Source: a virus
Virus record (IMG/VR): IMGVR_UViG_3300023440_000002
Location: 32,001-96,000 of that record
DNA length: 64,000 nucleotides
Reading direction: 5' to 3' (one strand)
Part shown: in pieces, positions 50,206 to 60,952 of the stretch
Layout of the letters: each line of letters opens with the position of its first letter
How positions within the stretch are numbered: the stretch's first letter is position 1
Position numbers and translations under genes: made by a program
Notes under the pieces: model-generated
Database searches by the model: none
What the model saw: the letters and a program-made list of their open reading frames with translations, nothing else
What the model was told of the DNA's origin: nothing

Positions 50206-52341
50206 ATGAGTATTGGATTTAAACAATTTGAAGCTGGATTGCGAATAAAACCTCATTCGTCATTTACTAGTGATCCTATCACCGGCAAAGTCGGGCAAAT
50301 ATACTGGAACGTAACTCGCAGTGTGCTCCGGATTTGTATTTCTGCGACACCGGAATGGCAAGATCTTTTTATTCATAACCATACAATTGACGACGCAACC
50401 TTAAGGTGGGATTCGACAGCAGATAGATGGATTCAAAATGATGACCTGAGGATCAACTCAAGTTCAATCTACACCCCCGACGGAACAACAGCGTTAGGAT
50501 TAAACTTAACAACCGGAGACACATCAACAGTTTCAGTTGACGGAGCGGACATCACATTAACTCCAGGTTCAGGTGGAGCCGGAGCAAACCAAGGTCGATT
50601 AATATTAGACCTGGCTGAAATTACAGCACTACCTGTAGCTGGCGGTAAGGCGTTAAGCTTTTCGACTCCAGATAATACAACCGCAGGTCAGTTTGGTAGC
50701 GACTTTACTTTTTCTACGGGATCTGGACCTCTAGGTCTTGGGTCATCCACCTGGAACGCAGAAAACGAAACCCATAATGTAACCCAATCATTTAATTTAT
50801 CATCAACATCTGCCTTTATAGAAGGCACAACCAGAATAAACCTTTCATCTCAGCGTATTGGAATTAAAGCTCAATCTTTAACTGATCCATTAACTGCGGA
50901 AGAGGGCGATATTTATTACAATTTAGAATTCAAAAGATTAAAAAAATATATAGGGTCGAGGTGGGAGTTTTGGGATGTCAACGACAAACACCAAAATATC
51001 AATCTTATCACCTACAAAGACGACATCTCTACCATTTACCCTGCAACAGACGCCACCTTAATTGAAGGTCAAACTATAGTTGACGGCGATTATGTTATTT
51101 TCACTAATTTAACTGTCGCTCCTAATAAAATGTACAAAGCTAACGTTGACGGATCAGGCAACATTATATGGACCGATCTTGTCTTTAGTACTGACGCTAC
51201 AGGGAACCCAACAAAAGGTCAAGTAGCTTTTATTACGTCCGGAAATACCAACACTGACTATTTGTTTATATGGGATGGAACCCAATGGTTAAATCATGGT
51301 TTATTTCGAGGCGAAACTGACGATATTCTTCGTTGGGGTGGCACTCAATGGGAACCTAACGAATTTATACACTCAGACGGACAAAAATTCTACCTAAAAG
51401 ATAATGCAATAGCTGATACAGTAAAAGCGGAAGACTTCACATTAAGAGCTAGCAATAAAACTGCCGGAACCGGAGATGGTGGAGATTTAATTGTTCGGCC
51501 AGGAACTTCTCTAGGTGGCATCCAAGGACGAACAATACTAGAAGGAGATAGGGTTAAGTTTGCGGCACAAAGCGCCGGAAACCCTGCCGCAGAGGAAGAA
51601 TCCGACGTTTATTACGACACCGTAGATAAAAACCTCAAGCTTAGAAATGATGGTGCATGGAACAGACTGGAAAGTTCTCGAGTTATCAACGAAAACCAAA
51701 TAACTACTGTTACAGGTGGCGGGACTATCACATGGGACTCAACATCAAGTTCTTTAGCGTGGGCTAGCGAGATCTCAGTAAATATCGCCGGAGTCGATAT
51801 AACAAAAAACAAAATAGCTGCATCTAACTTACTATTAAGTAGCGATGGAGATGCCGCCTATGCAATAATAGATCGCACAGGGGCAACCACCATAATTACA
51901 GCTACAGTACAATCAATGTCAACAATCGCAACCCAAAATAACGTAAGTGAAAACAAGGTAATGTTAGCTTTCCGCGACAAAGGTGAAATCTATTGGGGTT
52001 CTGGAAATGACATTAAATCAACCGTAAATGGCGGAATATTTACAAAGAAAACAATCACTAATAATACCTCCGGAATTGTTTTTGCGGTAGATGCATCGGA
52101 AAATGACGCAATTATCGTTAAATATTCCATAAAAAGAGGTACAAATATCGAAGTTGGGCAGTTTTTTATCACAAATGACGGAACTAACGCCGGAATCAGT
52201 AATCAAAGTAACGCTTTGTCGCCTACAGGTATCGTTTTTGATGCAAATATTAACACAACGGACATAGAATTAACCTATATGGCCGATAATTCGGGATTAG
52301 GCGCAGAAATTAGGTATTCTTTGTCTAAATGGACAGCATAA
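50206..52341 (+). CDS. Tail fibre-like protein
   Basis: Repeated 'GDIYYN/YW..W' knob motifs, Gly/Thr-rich; C-terminal module shared with 52373..53194. Confidence 0.7.
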   Translation: MSIGFKQFEAGLRIKPHSSFTSDPITGKVGQIYWNVTRSVLRICISATPEWQDLFIHNHTIDDATLRWDSTADRWIQNDDLRINSSSIYTPDGTTALGLNLTTGDTSTVSVDGADITLTPGSGGAGANQGRLILDLAEITALPVAGGKALSFSTPDNTTAGQFGSDFTFSTGSGPLGLGSSTWNAENETHNVTQSFNLSSTSAFIEGTTRINLSSQRIGIKAQSLTDPLTAEEGDIYYNLEFKRLKKYIGSRWEFWDVNDKHQNINLITYKDDISTIYPATDATLIEGQTIVDGDYVIFTNLTVAPNKMYKANVDGSGNIIWTDLVFSTDATGNPTKGQVAFITSGNTNTDYLFIWDGTQWLNHGLFRGETDDILRWGGTQWEPNEFIHSDGQKFYLKDNAIADTVKAEDFTLRASNKTAGTGDGGDLIVRPGTSLGGIQGRTILEGDRVKFAAQSAGNPAAEEESDVYYDTVDKNLKLRNDGAWNRLESSRVINENQITTVTGGGTITWDSTSSSLAWASEISVNIAGVDITKNKIAASNLLLSSDGDAAYAIIDRTGATTIITATVQSMSTIATQNNVSENKVMLAFRDKGEIYWGSGNDIKSTVNGGIFTKKTITNNTSGIVFAVDASENDAIIVKYSIKRGTNIEVGQFFITNDGTNAGISNQSNALSPTGIVFDANINTTDIELTYMADNSGLGAEIRYSLSKWTA

Positions 52342-52372
52342 TTAACCTTAGTGGATCATGGGAAACTAGGAA

Positions 52373-53194
52373 ATGTCAAAAAAGTTTTTAACAATACGTA
52401 ACGGGATTTTACTCACCCCGCAGTCGCCACCTCCAAGTGACCCATCGGAAGGGGATTTCTATTTTGATTCCTCTTTAGGTCTCCAGATATATCAAAATGG
52501 AGCATGGCAAACACCTTCAGGGGCAATAAGTAACAGCGACAGGAACAGTGCTCTGTTAGGCGGCGGAACAATCAAATGGAAGGAATCTACTACAACTTTA
52601 AGTTGGTCTAAAGATGCCTTTTTGCAAGTGCCGGGAACTGCCTCTGCTAGAAACAAAATAACTACAGGGTCTCTTTCCCTTCCGAATGATGGAGATGTGG
52701 CTTACGTTGACGTCAACAGGGAATCTGGAGCTGCCGCAACACTAACACCTGTCGTTATTAATATTTCAGCTTTAGGTATCGACAACCCTACCAATGAAAG
52801 CCGTTTCGTTATTGCTAGAAATAGCGGCGGCGAAATATATTGGGGATTACAGGACGGACAAAGAATATCTACCGACGGTGGAGTTTTAATAGAAAAAACA
52901 CTAACCGACAATACGACGGCCGGATTCGTCTTAGATGAAAACGCCGCAGACAATGACACATTAATTATCAAATACTCACTAAAAAGAGGTTCCGCTGTAG
53001 AGGTTGGACATCTTTACGTTACCAATAATGGAACCATTGCGGGATTAAGCGGATCTAGCAATGAATTGTCCACTGTGGGGGTTACATTTCAAGCTGTAAT
53101 TAACGGAATTAACGTAGAATTACAGTACGATACAACAAATACAGGCACCGACGTAGAAATGCGATATATCGTAGAAAAGTGGGACGCTTCATAA
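52373..53194 (+). CDS. Tail fibre-associated protein
   Basis: N-terminus paralogous to 53239..55152; C-terminus paralogous to 50206..52341. Confidence 0.65.
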   Translation: MSKKFLTIRNGILLTPQSPPPSDPSEGDFYFDSSLGLQIYQNGAWQTPSGAISNSDRNSALLGGGTIKWKESTTTLSWSKDAFLQVPGTASARNKITTGSLSLPNDGDVAYVDVNRESGAAATLTPVVINISALGIDNPTNESRFVIARNSGGEIYWGLQDGQRISTDGGVLIEKTLTDNTTAGFVLDENAADNDTLIIKYSLKRGSAVEVGHLYVTNNGTIAGLSGSSNELSTVGVTFQAVINGINVELQYDTTNTGTDVEMRYIVEKWDAS

Positions 53195-53238
53195 CCTAAT
53201 ATTATTACTAATAACCTTGATGGATTGGGAAATCAAGA

Positions 53239-55152
53239 ATGTCAAATCAGCATCTAAAAGTTCGAAAAGGTCTAAATCTAACACCTCAAAGCGTGGAACC
53301 TACAAACCCTGTAGAAGGGGCTATGTATTTTGACGTCGTTGTTGGTTTACGATTAAGAAAAAATGGCGTATGGCAAACAGCCGGAGGTCAAGGTGAAGTA
53401 AAGGTCGCTTTAGTTGATAGGTCGGCAACATCACTCCCTTTGATTGCCGGGGGCATCATAGACGGCGAAGTTATCTTAGATGGAGATAAAGTACTTTTCT
53501 CCAACTTAAGTATTGATAATAATAGAGTTTATAGAGCTTCTATTTCTGGCGGGGCAATATCATGGTCTGCTCAACCTGATTTTGCCGGCCAGTTCGACCC
53601 AGCTCAAGCTGATGTTGTTCGAGTTATCAAAGGTACGGTTTACTGTAAATCTCAGTTTATATTCCAAGGGTCAGTTTGGCTTTGGGGTATGATCAATATC
53701 GATCAGAAAGAGTTAGGATCTGCGGCTGAAAGTTGGTCATCTGCACATATCGACTCACTTATAGGTAAGACGGTAGCAATCACCACCGACTCCACAAATG
53801 GCGATGCAGTTATTTCCGGAACAGAAAGTTTAATTATTAGTGCTTCCGGAGGTTTAAATGTAAACAGCGGAGTTACTCAAACAAAATCTGTTTTTCAATT
53901 AACTCAAGTAACTGATATATCACAGCTGTTTTCTGACGCCAACTTAGGTGGAGATATAGGTCAATCTTTTACTCCTACCCAAAACGGCAAACTTAAAGAA
54001 GTCAAACTTGATTTAGGTATTTCCGGAACAGGCAGTGTTGTTGTTGATATTTACGCTGATGGTTCAGGGGTACCTACAGGTCCGATTTTACAGACTAGTG
54101 CACCAATAGCAGCACCCGTATCTCAAGGGTCATTAACTTCGTTTATTTTCGATGGAACCTTTGATTTAGTTGCAGCGACTAAATATCATTTTGTTATTAA
54201 TTTGGTATCACTCTCAGGTAGCGTTTCCGTTAAAGGATCTTTAGGTGGAAACGTTTACACTGGGGGTACTTTCATATTCTCTACTGATGGAGGGGTGACG
54301 TGGAATAATAACGCATTCAGGGATTTACTTTTTGAAGTTGATCTACTTGCTAATTCATCAACCGCAAACCCTAACATTAAACTAAATGCCGCAACTTCAG
54401 GTAGTGTTGGTTTAGGTACCCCTGCGACGGTTACTGATTATAATTTATTATTACCTGACGCTCAGGGAACCTTAGGGCAATTCATGAGTAATGATGGCCT
54501 AGGAGGGTTGTCTTGGTCAGATCCAGTAATAGGGTTCAGTTCATGGACCGTGATCAACTCAAACATCACAGCTTCAGTGTTTAATGACCTAGGGGTAGAA
54601 ACAAACCTTAATACTGTTGATATTACATTACCAGCAACGCCAATTAATGGAGCTAAAATAAGAGTTATAGATCGATTAGGAACATTCTCTACCAACTCTT
54701 GCTTTATCAAAACAACCGACGGATCAACAATATCAAACCAAGCTCAACCTTTAGAGATTGATGTTTCGTATATTTGGGCTGAGTTTCTTTATGATTCGGC
54801 GGCCAACAACTGGGTTATTTATGGGCCTTTAGCGGATGACTCTCTCAGTCATTGGGGAACCAAAACCAAAACAAGCGCCAATAATGGCGACGTAATATTA
54901 GAAAGAGATCAGGCTTTAATTGATTCAACTGGCGGAGTTTTCGGGTTAGTTCTACCACCTATAACTAAAGACGGCATGTCTGTAAGATTCTTAGATGCCG
55001 CGTCGAATAATGATATCAATAATGTAACCATCACACCAGACGGAGCAAATACAATAAATGGAGCAGCTACTTTAGTGCTGAACATCAAAAATGGACACGT
55101 AGAGTTAGTGTCCTCTGGAACAAACTGGATTGTTCTTGGTTTATATTCATAG
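53239..55152 (+). CDS. Tail fibre protein
   Basis: Two C-terminal repeats 'ITLPATP..G..I...D' of T4 gp9/gp10-like or long-fibre type. Confidence 0.7.
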   Translation: MSNQHLKVRKGLNLTPQSVEPTNPVEGAMYFDVVVGLRLRKNGVWQTAGGQGEVKVALVDRSATSLPLIAGGIIDGEVILDGDKVLFSNLSIDNNRVYRASISGGAISWSAQPDFAGQFDPAQADVVRVIKGTVYCKSQFIFQGSVWLWGMINIDQKELGSAAESWSSAHIDSLIGKTVAITTDSTNGDAVISGTESLIISASGGLNVNSGVTQTKSVFQLTQVTDISQLFSDANLGGDIGQSFTPTQNGKLKEVKLDLGISGTGSVVVDIYADGSGVPTGPILQTSAPIAAPVSQGSLTSFIFDGTFDLVAATKYHFVINLVSLSGSVSVKGSLGGNVYTGGTFIFSTDGGVTWNNNAFRDLLFEVDLLANSSTANPNIKLNAATSGSVGLGTPATVTDYNLLLPDAQGTLGQFMSNDGLGGLSWSDPVIGFSSWTVINSNITASVFNDLGVETNLNTVDITLPATPINGAKIRVIDRLGTFSTNSCFIKTTDGSTISNQAQPLEIDVSYIWAEFLYDSAANNWVIYGPLADDSLSHWGTKTKTSANNGDVILERDQALIDSTGGVFGLVLPPITKDGMSVRFLDAASNNDINNVTITPDGANTINGAATLVLNIKNGHVELVSSGTNWIVLGLYS

Positions 55153-55161
55153 TAGGAACTA

Positions 55162-55785
55162 ATGGCAAAATTAAGTGAAGTTTACAATTCGTTTTTACCT
55201 GTAGGCGCTGTACAGCACTCTATCCTTACGCTTGCTCAGTTTCAGGCAGTTATGGGAACTGATTGGGTGCTAATGAATGGTGCTAGCATTGTAGGATCTA
55301 AACTTGCCGGAATTACGGGGGATACAAATCTACCCGACGCAACAGGACGTTTCCTTAGGAATGCTGGAGGTTCTGCGGCAGCGCTTAAGGCGGCACAAGG
55401 ACAAGGGACGGCTAAAAACGGTTTAAGTAATGCGGCATCCTCTGTTAGTGGATCAACCAGTATTAACCACAGCCATGGAACAATTCCGTCGAACACTGTT
55501 TCTGCTAATCATACCCACTCAGGAGATCGTATTCCTTTTGGTCATACTTCCGTCCCATCCAACTCTAGACTCGGTAGCAGTACGAACAACCAAGGTACTT
55601 TTGGCACAGGTCAATCAACTGGCACTATTTCAGCTAATCATACCCATACAGTTCCAATTCCACCATACAGTACAGGAAATAGAGCTTTAGTTTCAGGTAA
55701 TGCCGCAGCACAAGCAATATCATCAACCGACGGCGAAACAAGACCGGTAAATATAACAATCAATATTTTTATAAAAATAAATTAA
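55162..55785 (+). CDS. Tail collar / short fibre tip, paralog A
   Basis: 'PVGAV', 'WVLMNG', 'LPDATGRFLR', HTH motifs, 'ETRPVNITINIFIKIN'. Confidence 0.8.
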   Translation: MAKLSEVYNSFLPVGAVQHSILTLAQFQAVMGTDWVLMNGASIVGSKLAGITGDTNLPDATGRFLRNAGGSAAALKAAQGQGTAKNGLSNAASSVSGSTSINHSHGTIPSNTVSANHTHSGDRIPFGHTSVPSNSRLGSSTNNQGTFGTGQSTGTISANHTHTVPIPPYSTGNRALVSGNAAAQAISSTDGETRPVNITINIFIKIN

Positions 55786-55797
55786 AAAGGAACAATC

Positions 55798-56340
55798 ATG
55801 GGTTTTGCTAATTTTTTAATAAATGGATCTTACACTAGCATCGAAAGGGTTGTGTATAGTAAAAATACAAAAAGTATATCTTTTAGTTTAGTTACGTACG
55901 CAGACAACACTAAAACAGCGCTAATTAAGGAAGATGCCTATACGTTTGAAAAAATGGAAGAATTTTTCTATGATGGGGAAGTTGTTAATGAAACTGACGT
56001 AGACATCCTACCTGACGGAGAATACCTATCTTTAACTGGAGGTGTTGGTTATTCTGGGTCTCCTCAAATATTTAAAAAAGGTGACCAGTTCCAACTTAAG
56101 CAGCAACCCTGCACTTACGGAACCGTTTATATTTCTAAGATAGATAATTCTAGAAAGATACTAGACGAAACAAACAAAATATGGACGGAAGCGGACGAGA
56201 GAAATTCATTTTCACTTGGGGTTTTTAATAAATATTTTAGTTTATCAGATATGAACGGCCAAGGTCAAGATATTTACAGGCAAATATATTTATTTCTGAA
56301 AACACTGCCAGAGTTCGGCAATACGATCGACATATACTAA
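55798..56340 (+). CDS. Putative fibre chaperone/adhesin, paralog 1
   Basis: N- and C-termini shared with 57123..57671 and 57684..58241. Confidence 0.55.
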   Translation: MGFANFLINGSYTSIERVVYSKNTKSISFSLVTYADNTKTALIKEDAYTFEKMEEFFYDGEVVNETDVDILPDGEYLSLTGGVGYSGSPQIFKKGDQFQLKQQPCTYGTVYISKIDNSRKILDETNKIWTEADERNSFSLGVFNKYFSLSDMNGQGQDIYRQIYLFLKTLPEFGNTIDIY

Positions 56341-56351
56341 CAGGTTTACTT

Positions 56352-57113
56352 ATGACTAAATGGAGCGACATATTTGTAAAGACGGTACCTACAAGGGCCT
56401 ATAACCCTCCAGTTGGTACTGTAGTGCAGTCCATACTGTCTCTAGCTCAATTCCAAGCTGAAATGGGAGACTTAAGCTGGGTATTGATGGATGGGTCTAA
56501 TATCGCAGGATCTACATTATCTGGACTAACAGGAAATGTATTACTACCTGATGCTACAGGTAGATTCCTAAGAACAGCTGGGGGTGATGCTGCGGCCCTT
56601 GGTACAATTCAACCTCAAGCCACTGCGGTGAATGGACTAACTAACGAGCCCAGTGCTGTAACAGGAACAACTAGTATAAATCACACCCATAGCCCTGTTA
56701 CATCAGATCCAATCTCAGCTAACCACACCCACACAGCAACCCACAACCATCCAGCTCAAGGATCTACAGGGGTTTCAGCGAATCACGTACACAATATTAG
56801 TGGTGGAAACTGGATGTTTCGCATTTCATTTACCACTTACGTCCAAACTGGAGGTACCGGATGGGATTTCAACACAGCAACCCCAACAATGGGCGGTGTT
56901 ACCTCTGATCACGGACACACAACTGACCTTCCTAATTTAGGAGTAACGACAGGTACAGTTTCATCTAATCATACACATCTCGTATCTATTCCGGCATTAA
57001 GTACGGCGGGAGTGGCTTTGTCTGGCGGATCAGCAGCCGCTCAAAACCAGACAGGTGACACAGAAACAAGACCAACAAACGTAACAGTTAATACGTTTAT
57101 TAAAATTAATTAA
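56352..57113 (+). CDS. Tail collar / short fibre tip, paralog B
   Basis: Same motifs as 55162..55785, with more HxH repeats. Confidence 0.8.
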   Translation: MTKWSDIFVKTVPTRAYNPPVGTVVQSILSLAQFQAEMGDLSWVLMDGSNIAGSTLSGLTGNVLLPDATGRFLRTAGGDAAALGTIQPQATAVNGLTNEPSAVTGTTSINHTHSPVTSDPISANHTHTATHNHPAQGSTGVSANHVHNISGGNWMFRISFTTYVQTGGTGWDFNTATPTMGGVTSDHGHTTDLPNLGVTTGTVSSNHTHLVSIPALSTAGVALSGGSAAAQNQTGDTETRPTNVTVNTFIKIN

Positions 57114-57122
57114 GAGGTTGAT

Positions 57123-57671
57123 ATGGCAATAGCTAACTACATAACAACAGGAACATACTCTACCGTAGAATTCGTTAATTTTTCGTCTGAATCTCAAACT
57201 TTGGCTTTTTTGTTAGTTGTTTACTCTGACAGCAGCAAAACAGACAAAATAGCCGAAAAAACTTTCGACTTTATGATGAAAGAAAAAAAAGAATCCCTGT
57301 TAGGAGTTGAGCAAACAACTCCACCGCAAAACCCTACCCCTGGAGATAAATATATCATAGCTTCAACAGGAGCTATTGGTGAGTGGGCCGATTACCCAAA
57401 TAAAATAGCTACATGGAGGGAACACAGTGGAGGGTGTTGGACCTACGAACAACCTAGCGTCGGGACTATATATTACGACGAAATTACAACATCTTACGTA
57501 AAAATAACACAAAACGGATACATTACAAGGAATAACCTTCCAGACTCTAGGGTTTGGGAGTTGTTTTTTAATAAAAACGCAATTTTTAACACCCCGGGGA
57601 ATAATTTGCATACCCAAATCTACAAACTGTTAAAAACCCAAAAAGGGTTTGAACTTACAGTTGACACATAG
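57123..57671 (+). CDS. Putative fibre chaperone/adhesin, paralog 2 (DUF2793-like core)
   Basis: 'TPPQNPTPGDKYIIASTGAIGEWA...IATW'. Confidence 0.6.
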   Translation: MAIANYITTGTYSTVEFVNFSSESQTLAFLLVVYSDSSKTDKIAEKTFDFMMKEKKESLLGVEQTTPPQNPTPGDKYIIASTGAIGEWADYPNKIATWREHSGGCWTYEQPSVGTIYYDEITTSYVKITQNGYITRNNLPDSRVWELFFNKNAIFNTPGNNLHTQIYKLLKTQKGFELTVDT

Positions 57672-57683
57672 AGAGGAAGTACG

Positions 57684-58241
57684 ATGGCATTGGCTGACTA
57701 TATAGGAACAGGAACATATTCTATGGTGGATCACATAGGGTTTAATGAAAAAATCAAACACGTTAAATTTCAACTAAATGTCTTTGCGGATAACACCAAA
57801 GAGGATAAGATAGCCGAAAAGTTTTTTGATTTCGTTATGGATACACCAAAAGAATCTGTAATTAATATTGAACAAACCACCCCTCCGATAACGCCAAATA
57901 CAGGAGATAGATATATCGTAGCTTCAACAGGAGCTACTGGTGAGTGGGCTGACTATCCAGGCCAGTTAATGACGTGGGATTTTGATGGTTCGGGTGAGTG
58001 GATGAGCATGAAATTGCAAAAAGACTTAGTTTTGTTTAACGAAACATCAAACTCCTACATAAAAGTGATAGATGATAGTGGTACTTACACACCTTACATA
58101 GAGAATGAATGCTCTAGAATCTGGGATTCTTATTTCACTAAAACATTAGTTTTTAACACTCCAGGTAATAACTTGCACACTCAAATCTACAAGCTACTAA
58201 AAACCCAAAAAGGGTTTGAATTTACATCTGATGTTTTTTGA
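57684..58241 (+). CDS. Putative fibre chaperone/adhesin, paralog 3 (DUF2793-like core)
   Basis: Close paralog of the previous gene; identical 'FNTPGNNLHTQIYKLLKTQKGFE'. Confidence 0.6.
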   Translation: MALADYIGTGTYSMVDHIGFNEKIKHVKFQLNVFADNTKEDKIAEKFFDFVMDTPKESVINIEQTTPPITPNTGDRYIVASTGATGEWADYPGQLMTWDFDGSGEWMSMKLQKDLVLFNETSNSYIKVIDDSGTYTPYIENECSRIWDSYFTKTLVFNTPGNNLHTQIYKLLKTQKGFEFTSDVF

Positions 58242-58440
58242 TCGGTGTGTTTTTTGAGTTTATTTTATGAAACTCAGAATCTAATTTGAATGTGTACTTA
58301 GACCATTTAGGGATAGAAATCATTGATAGATCAACGAAAAACAAATCCATTCTATCTAGTTTTGGGTCTAATCTGTGACCTGTTATTTTACTTTTCTTCC
58401 AAAAAAACACTTTCTTGTATTTAATAGTGTACTCGTCCAT
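58222..58440 (-). CDS. Small protein, paralog of 49968..50204
   Basis: SD GGGGG; motif similarity to 49968..50204. Confidence 0.55.
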   Translation of the reverse strand: MDEYTIKYKKVFFWKKSKITGHRLDPKLDRMDLFFVDLSMISIPKWSKYTFKLDSEFHKINSKNTPIKKHQM

Positions 58441-58517
58441 AATTTACCCCCTAATAAGTCTACCTTACTATTATAGCACAAAAAACCTAATGTTTAACAA
58501 CAAAAAGGGAACGAACT

Positions 58518-59282
58518 GTGAATATTTTTAAAATAATAATGAGCTTCTTCAAAAAGAAAAATAAACAAAAAACACTAGAAAGAAAAGTGCAGGAAAGGCG
58601 CATACTTGAACCACCAAAGCCGATTAATTCGGCACATCACGAACCAGAAATAAAAAACCAACCAAAAAGACAAGAAGATATTTCTTGGGTTTACCCTAAC
58701 AATCACAAGTACGTAGTTGACCCTGATGGTGGAAAGAAGTTACTTAAAACAAAAGGAAATAAGCCGATAGGTGTAGTTATTCATCACACAGCAACCTATA
58801 ACTTAAAATCAACTGTTAACTACTTTAAAAGAAACGCCGTTGATGTTCAGTTTGTCTTAGGTCACGACGGAAAAATAGTGCAAATGGTGCAATGCAACAG
58901 AAATGCGGCACATGCCGGAAAATCAGAATGGAATGGAAAGAAATGGTTGAATAATTATTATGTAGGTATCGAAGTGATAAATATCGGATGGCTAAACAAA
59001 AAAGGCGACAAATACATAGATGGGTACAAGAGGGAATGGAAAGGTGCTGTCAGGGAACGTAAAGCAGAAGGTTACAGGTATTGGGAGCCATTCACAAAAA
59101 ACCAAGAGAAGGCACTTAAAGAGCTTTGTGTGTGGTTAGTTAAGGAGTACGACATACCAATAGAAAACATAGCAGCTCACTATGAAGTGTCGCCAGGTCG
59201 CAAAAACGACCCGGCCGGAGGATTATCTATATCGATGGATCAATTCCGAAGTCTGGTACAGAGGTCGGTATCTCAGAACTAA
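58518..59282 (+). CDS. N-acetylmuramoyl-L-alanine amidase (Amidase_2), probable endolysin
   Basis: 'VVIHHTA', 'AAHAGKSEW', 'GIEVIN', 'AHYEVSPGRKNDP'. Confidence 0.92.
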   Translation: MNIFKIIMSFFKKKNKQKTLERKVQERRILEPPKPINSAHHEPEIKNQPKRQEDISWVYPNNHKYVVDPDGGKKLLKTKGNKPIGVVIHHTATYNLKSTVNYFKRNAVDVQFVLGHDGKIVQMVQCNRNAAHAGKSEWNGKKWLNNYYVGIEVINIGWLNKKGDKYIDGYKREWKGAVRERKAEGYRYWEPFTKNQEKALKELCVWLVKEYDIPIENIAAHYEVSPGRKNDPAGGLSISMDQFRSLVQRSVSQN

Positions 59283-59480
59283 TTCTATCAACAGACCTGT
59301 CGAGATCTTGCATTGCGGCCTTCAGTTCCTTGAAACTAACCTTGACTTTCATGTAGTCCATCAAGGTTAATGTCGGATCTCTCTCGTTCAGGTTTTTATT
59401 TAAAACATAAAGTTCGGTGTTTAATCTAGATGTTATCTCAAACACCGAGCCGAACTCAGAAATAAGACTTAACATTGGCA

Positions 59481-60200
59481 TTAAAGCCTACTCCTTTCCA
59501 TAAGATAAACAAATTCTTCAACTTCATTATTAAAGGCTGACAATGTTCCTTTATTATCAACTTGGAAATCCATAGAATAGTCATCTAAATCTCTTTCTGA
59601 TGGGTCAGAGCTTGGGGATTTTGAAAACCTGTTTATTCTACAAGTAACTAAGTTTTCGCCGAAAGCGTAACTTAATTGTCCAACCTCGCTTTGATATCGC
59701 ATATCAGTTATTACAAATTTAGCTAAAGGGTCTTCTTTTGTTTTTTTATCTATCTGAGAAACAACCTGTTCCACCCAATACTCCGAAGATACAGATCTTT
59801 TCACTGACCCTTCCAAGATACACAAAGCTCTAGGTGTCCAAAAAACTGGAGCATAACGAACAAACACCCCCTTATTGTCTAAAATTAACCCTCTTGTTCC
59901 GTCGTCAGTGTTTTCTATTTTGGTTGGAATCTCGCCCGAACTAGACCTAAACTCCTTAATCATAAAATTATGAAGCATTAAAGTGAAGTTGTCCTCACTC
60001 TCAACAGGGAACTGAAAAAGAGGGGCCTCTTTAGTTTCTGGTGTATGGCAAACACTAACTGGAATCCCGTACTGTTTCGCCACCATCTCTTTTAGCACAT
60101 CAGCAAAAGAAAATCTGATGTATTTATGGTCTTTGATGAGCGTTTCGGCTAAGGTGTCTTTTCCAGACCCTTTCCATCCAGATAAAGCAAGAACTATCAT
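59481..60200 (-). CDS. Deoxynucleoside monophosphate kinase
   Basis: 'LSGWKGSGKDT', 'SFADVLK', 'VITDMRY..E', 'PSE..LD'. Confidence 0.88.
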   Translation of the reverse strand: MIVLALSGWKGSGKDTLAETLIKDHKYIRFSFADVLKEMVAKQYGIPVSVCHTPETKEAPLFQFPVESEDNFTLMLHNFMIKEFRSSSGEIPTKIENTDDGTRGLILDNKGVFVRYAPVFWTPRALCILEGSVKRSVSSEYWVEQVVSQIDKKTKEDPLAKFVITDMRYQSEVGQLSYAFGENLVTCRINRFSKSPSSDPSERDLDDYSMDFQVDNKGTLSAFNNEVEEFVYLMERSRL

Positions 60201-60943
60201 TCAACATCTCCTTCAATAAAGTTTATTATGTCATTAGAGGTAACAGCTGTGCCCCAACCTCTTTTATCCATAGACTTAATTACACCAACTACATCGCCCA
60301 TAATATTAAAAACAGGACTTCCTGAGTTGCCTAGTCGTATATCTATGTCAGTTTTTATCGTGTCGTAAAAAAAACTGCACGAACCATCACTATAAACAGC
60401 CGACAATTTTTCTTTTTTGCATTCACCTGTAGATGTGTCGTAATGGGTTGTGCCCCATCCTCCATTCACACCTATAAGGTACCCTTTACTTAACTTAAGT
60501 CCGTAACCTAATGGGTAACCTAAGACGTATAAAGGGGCCCTATAAAAGACTTCTACAGATCTAGATAAAGTAACCGGATTTGCACCTTCAACTGAACTAA
60601 GAAGGCATAAATCTCTTGTTTTATGCATTTTAATAATACGAATGTTCTGTTTTTTTATGTTAATTGTTAAGGCGGAAATATCCTTATTTTTTGAGCAAAA
60701 GTGATAGTTAGTTAATATGAAGCTTTCACCTTTAGAGTTTTCAACAAAAAAACCTGTCGCATTACGTTCTGGCGAATCTAGGTATACCACCTTTTTTATA
60801 TTATTGTTAATTAGCAATGACTCTTGTATAGGAGCAGATAGCAACCCAACAGAAACCAACAAGAAGAGAAGAACTAATACATTCACAACACGAACAGTAA
60901 AAAGCATCAAATTGCGATATAAAAAATCTAAAAACTTAAACAT
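60197..60943 (-). CDS. Membrane-anchored trypsin-like serine protease
   Basis: TNYH, DLCLL and GNSGSP catalytic triad motifs; N-terminal transmembrane segment. Confidence 0.88.
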   Translation of the reverse strand: MFKFLDFLYRNLMLFTVRVVNVLVLLFLLVSVGLLSAPIQESLLINNNIKKVVYLDSPERNATGFFVENSKGESFILTNYHFCSKNKDISALTINIKKQNIRIIKMHKTRDLCLLSSVEGANPVTLSRSVEVFYRAPLYVLGYPLGYGLKLSKGYLIGVNGGWGTTHYDTSTGECKKEKLSAVYSDGSCSFFYDTIKTDIDIRLGNSGSPVFNIMGDVVGVIKSMDKRGWGTAVTSNDIINFIEGDVE

Positions 60944-60952
60944 AATTAACTC

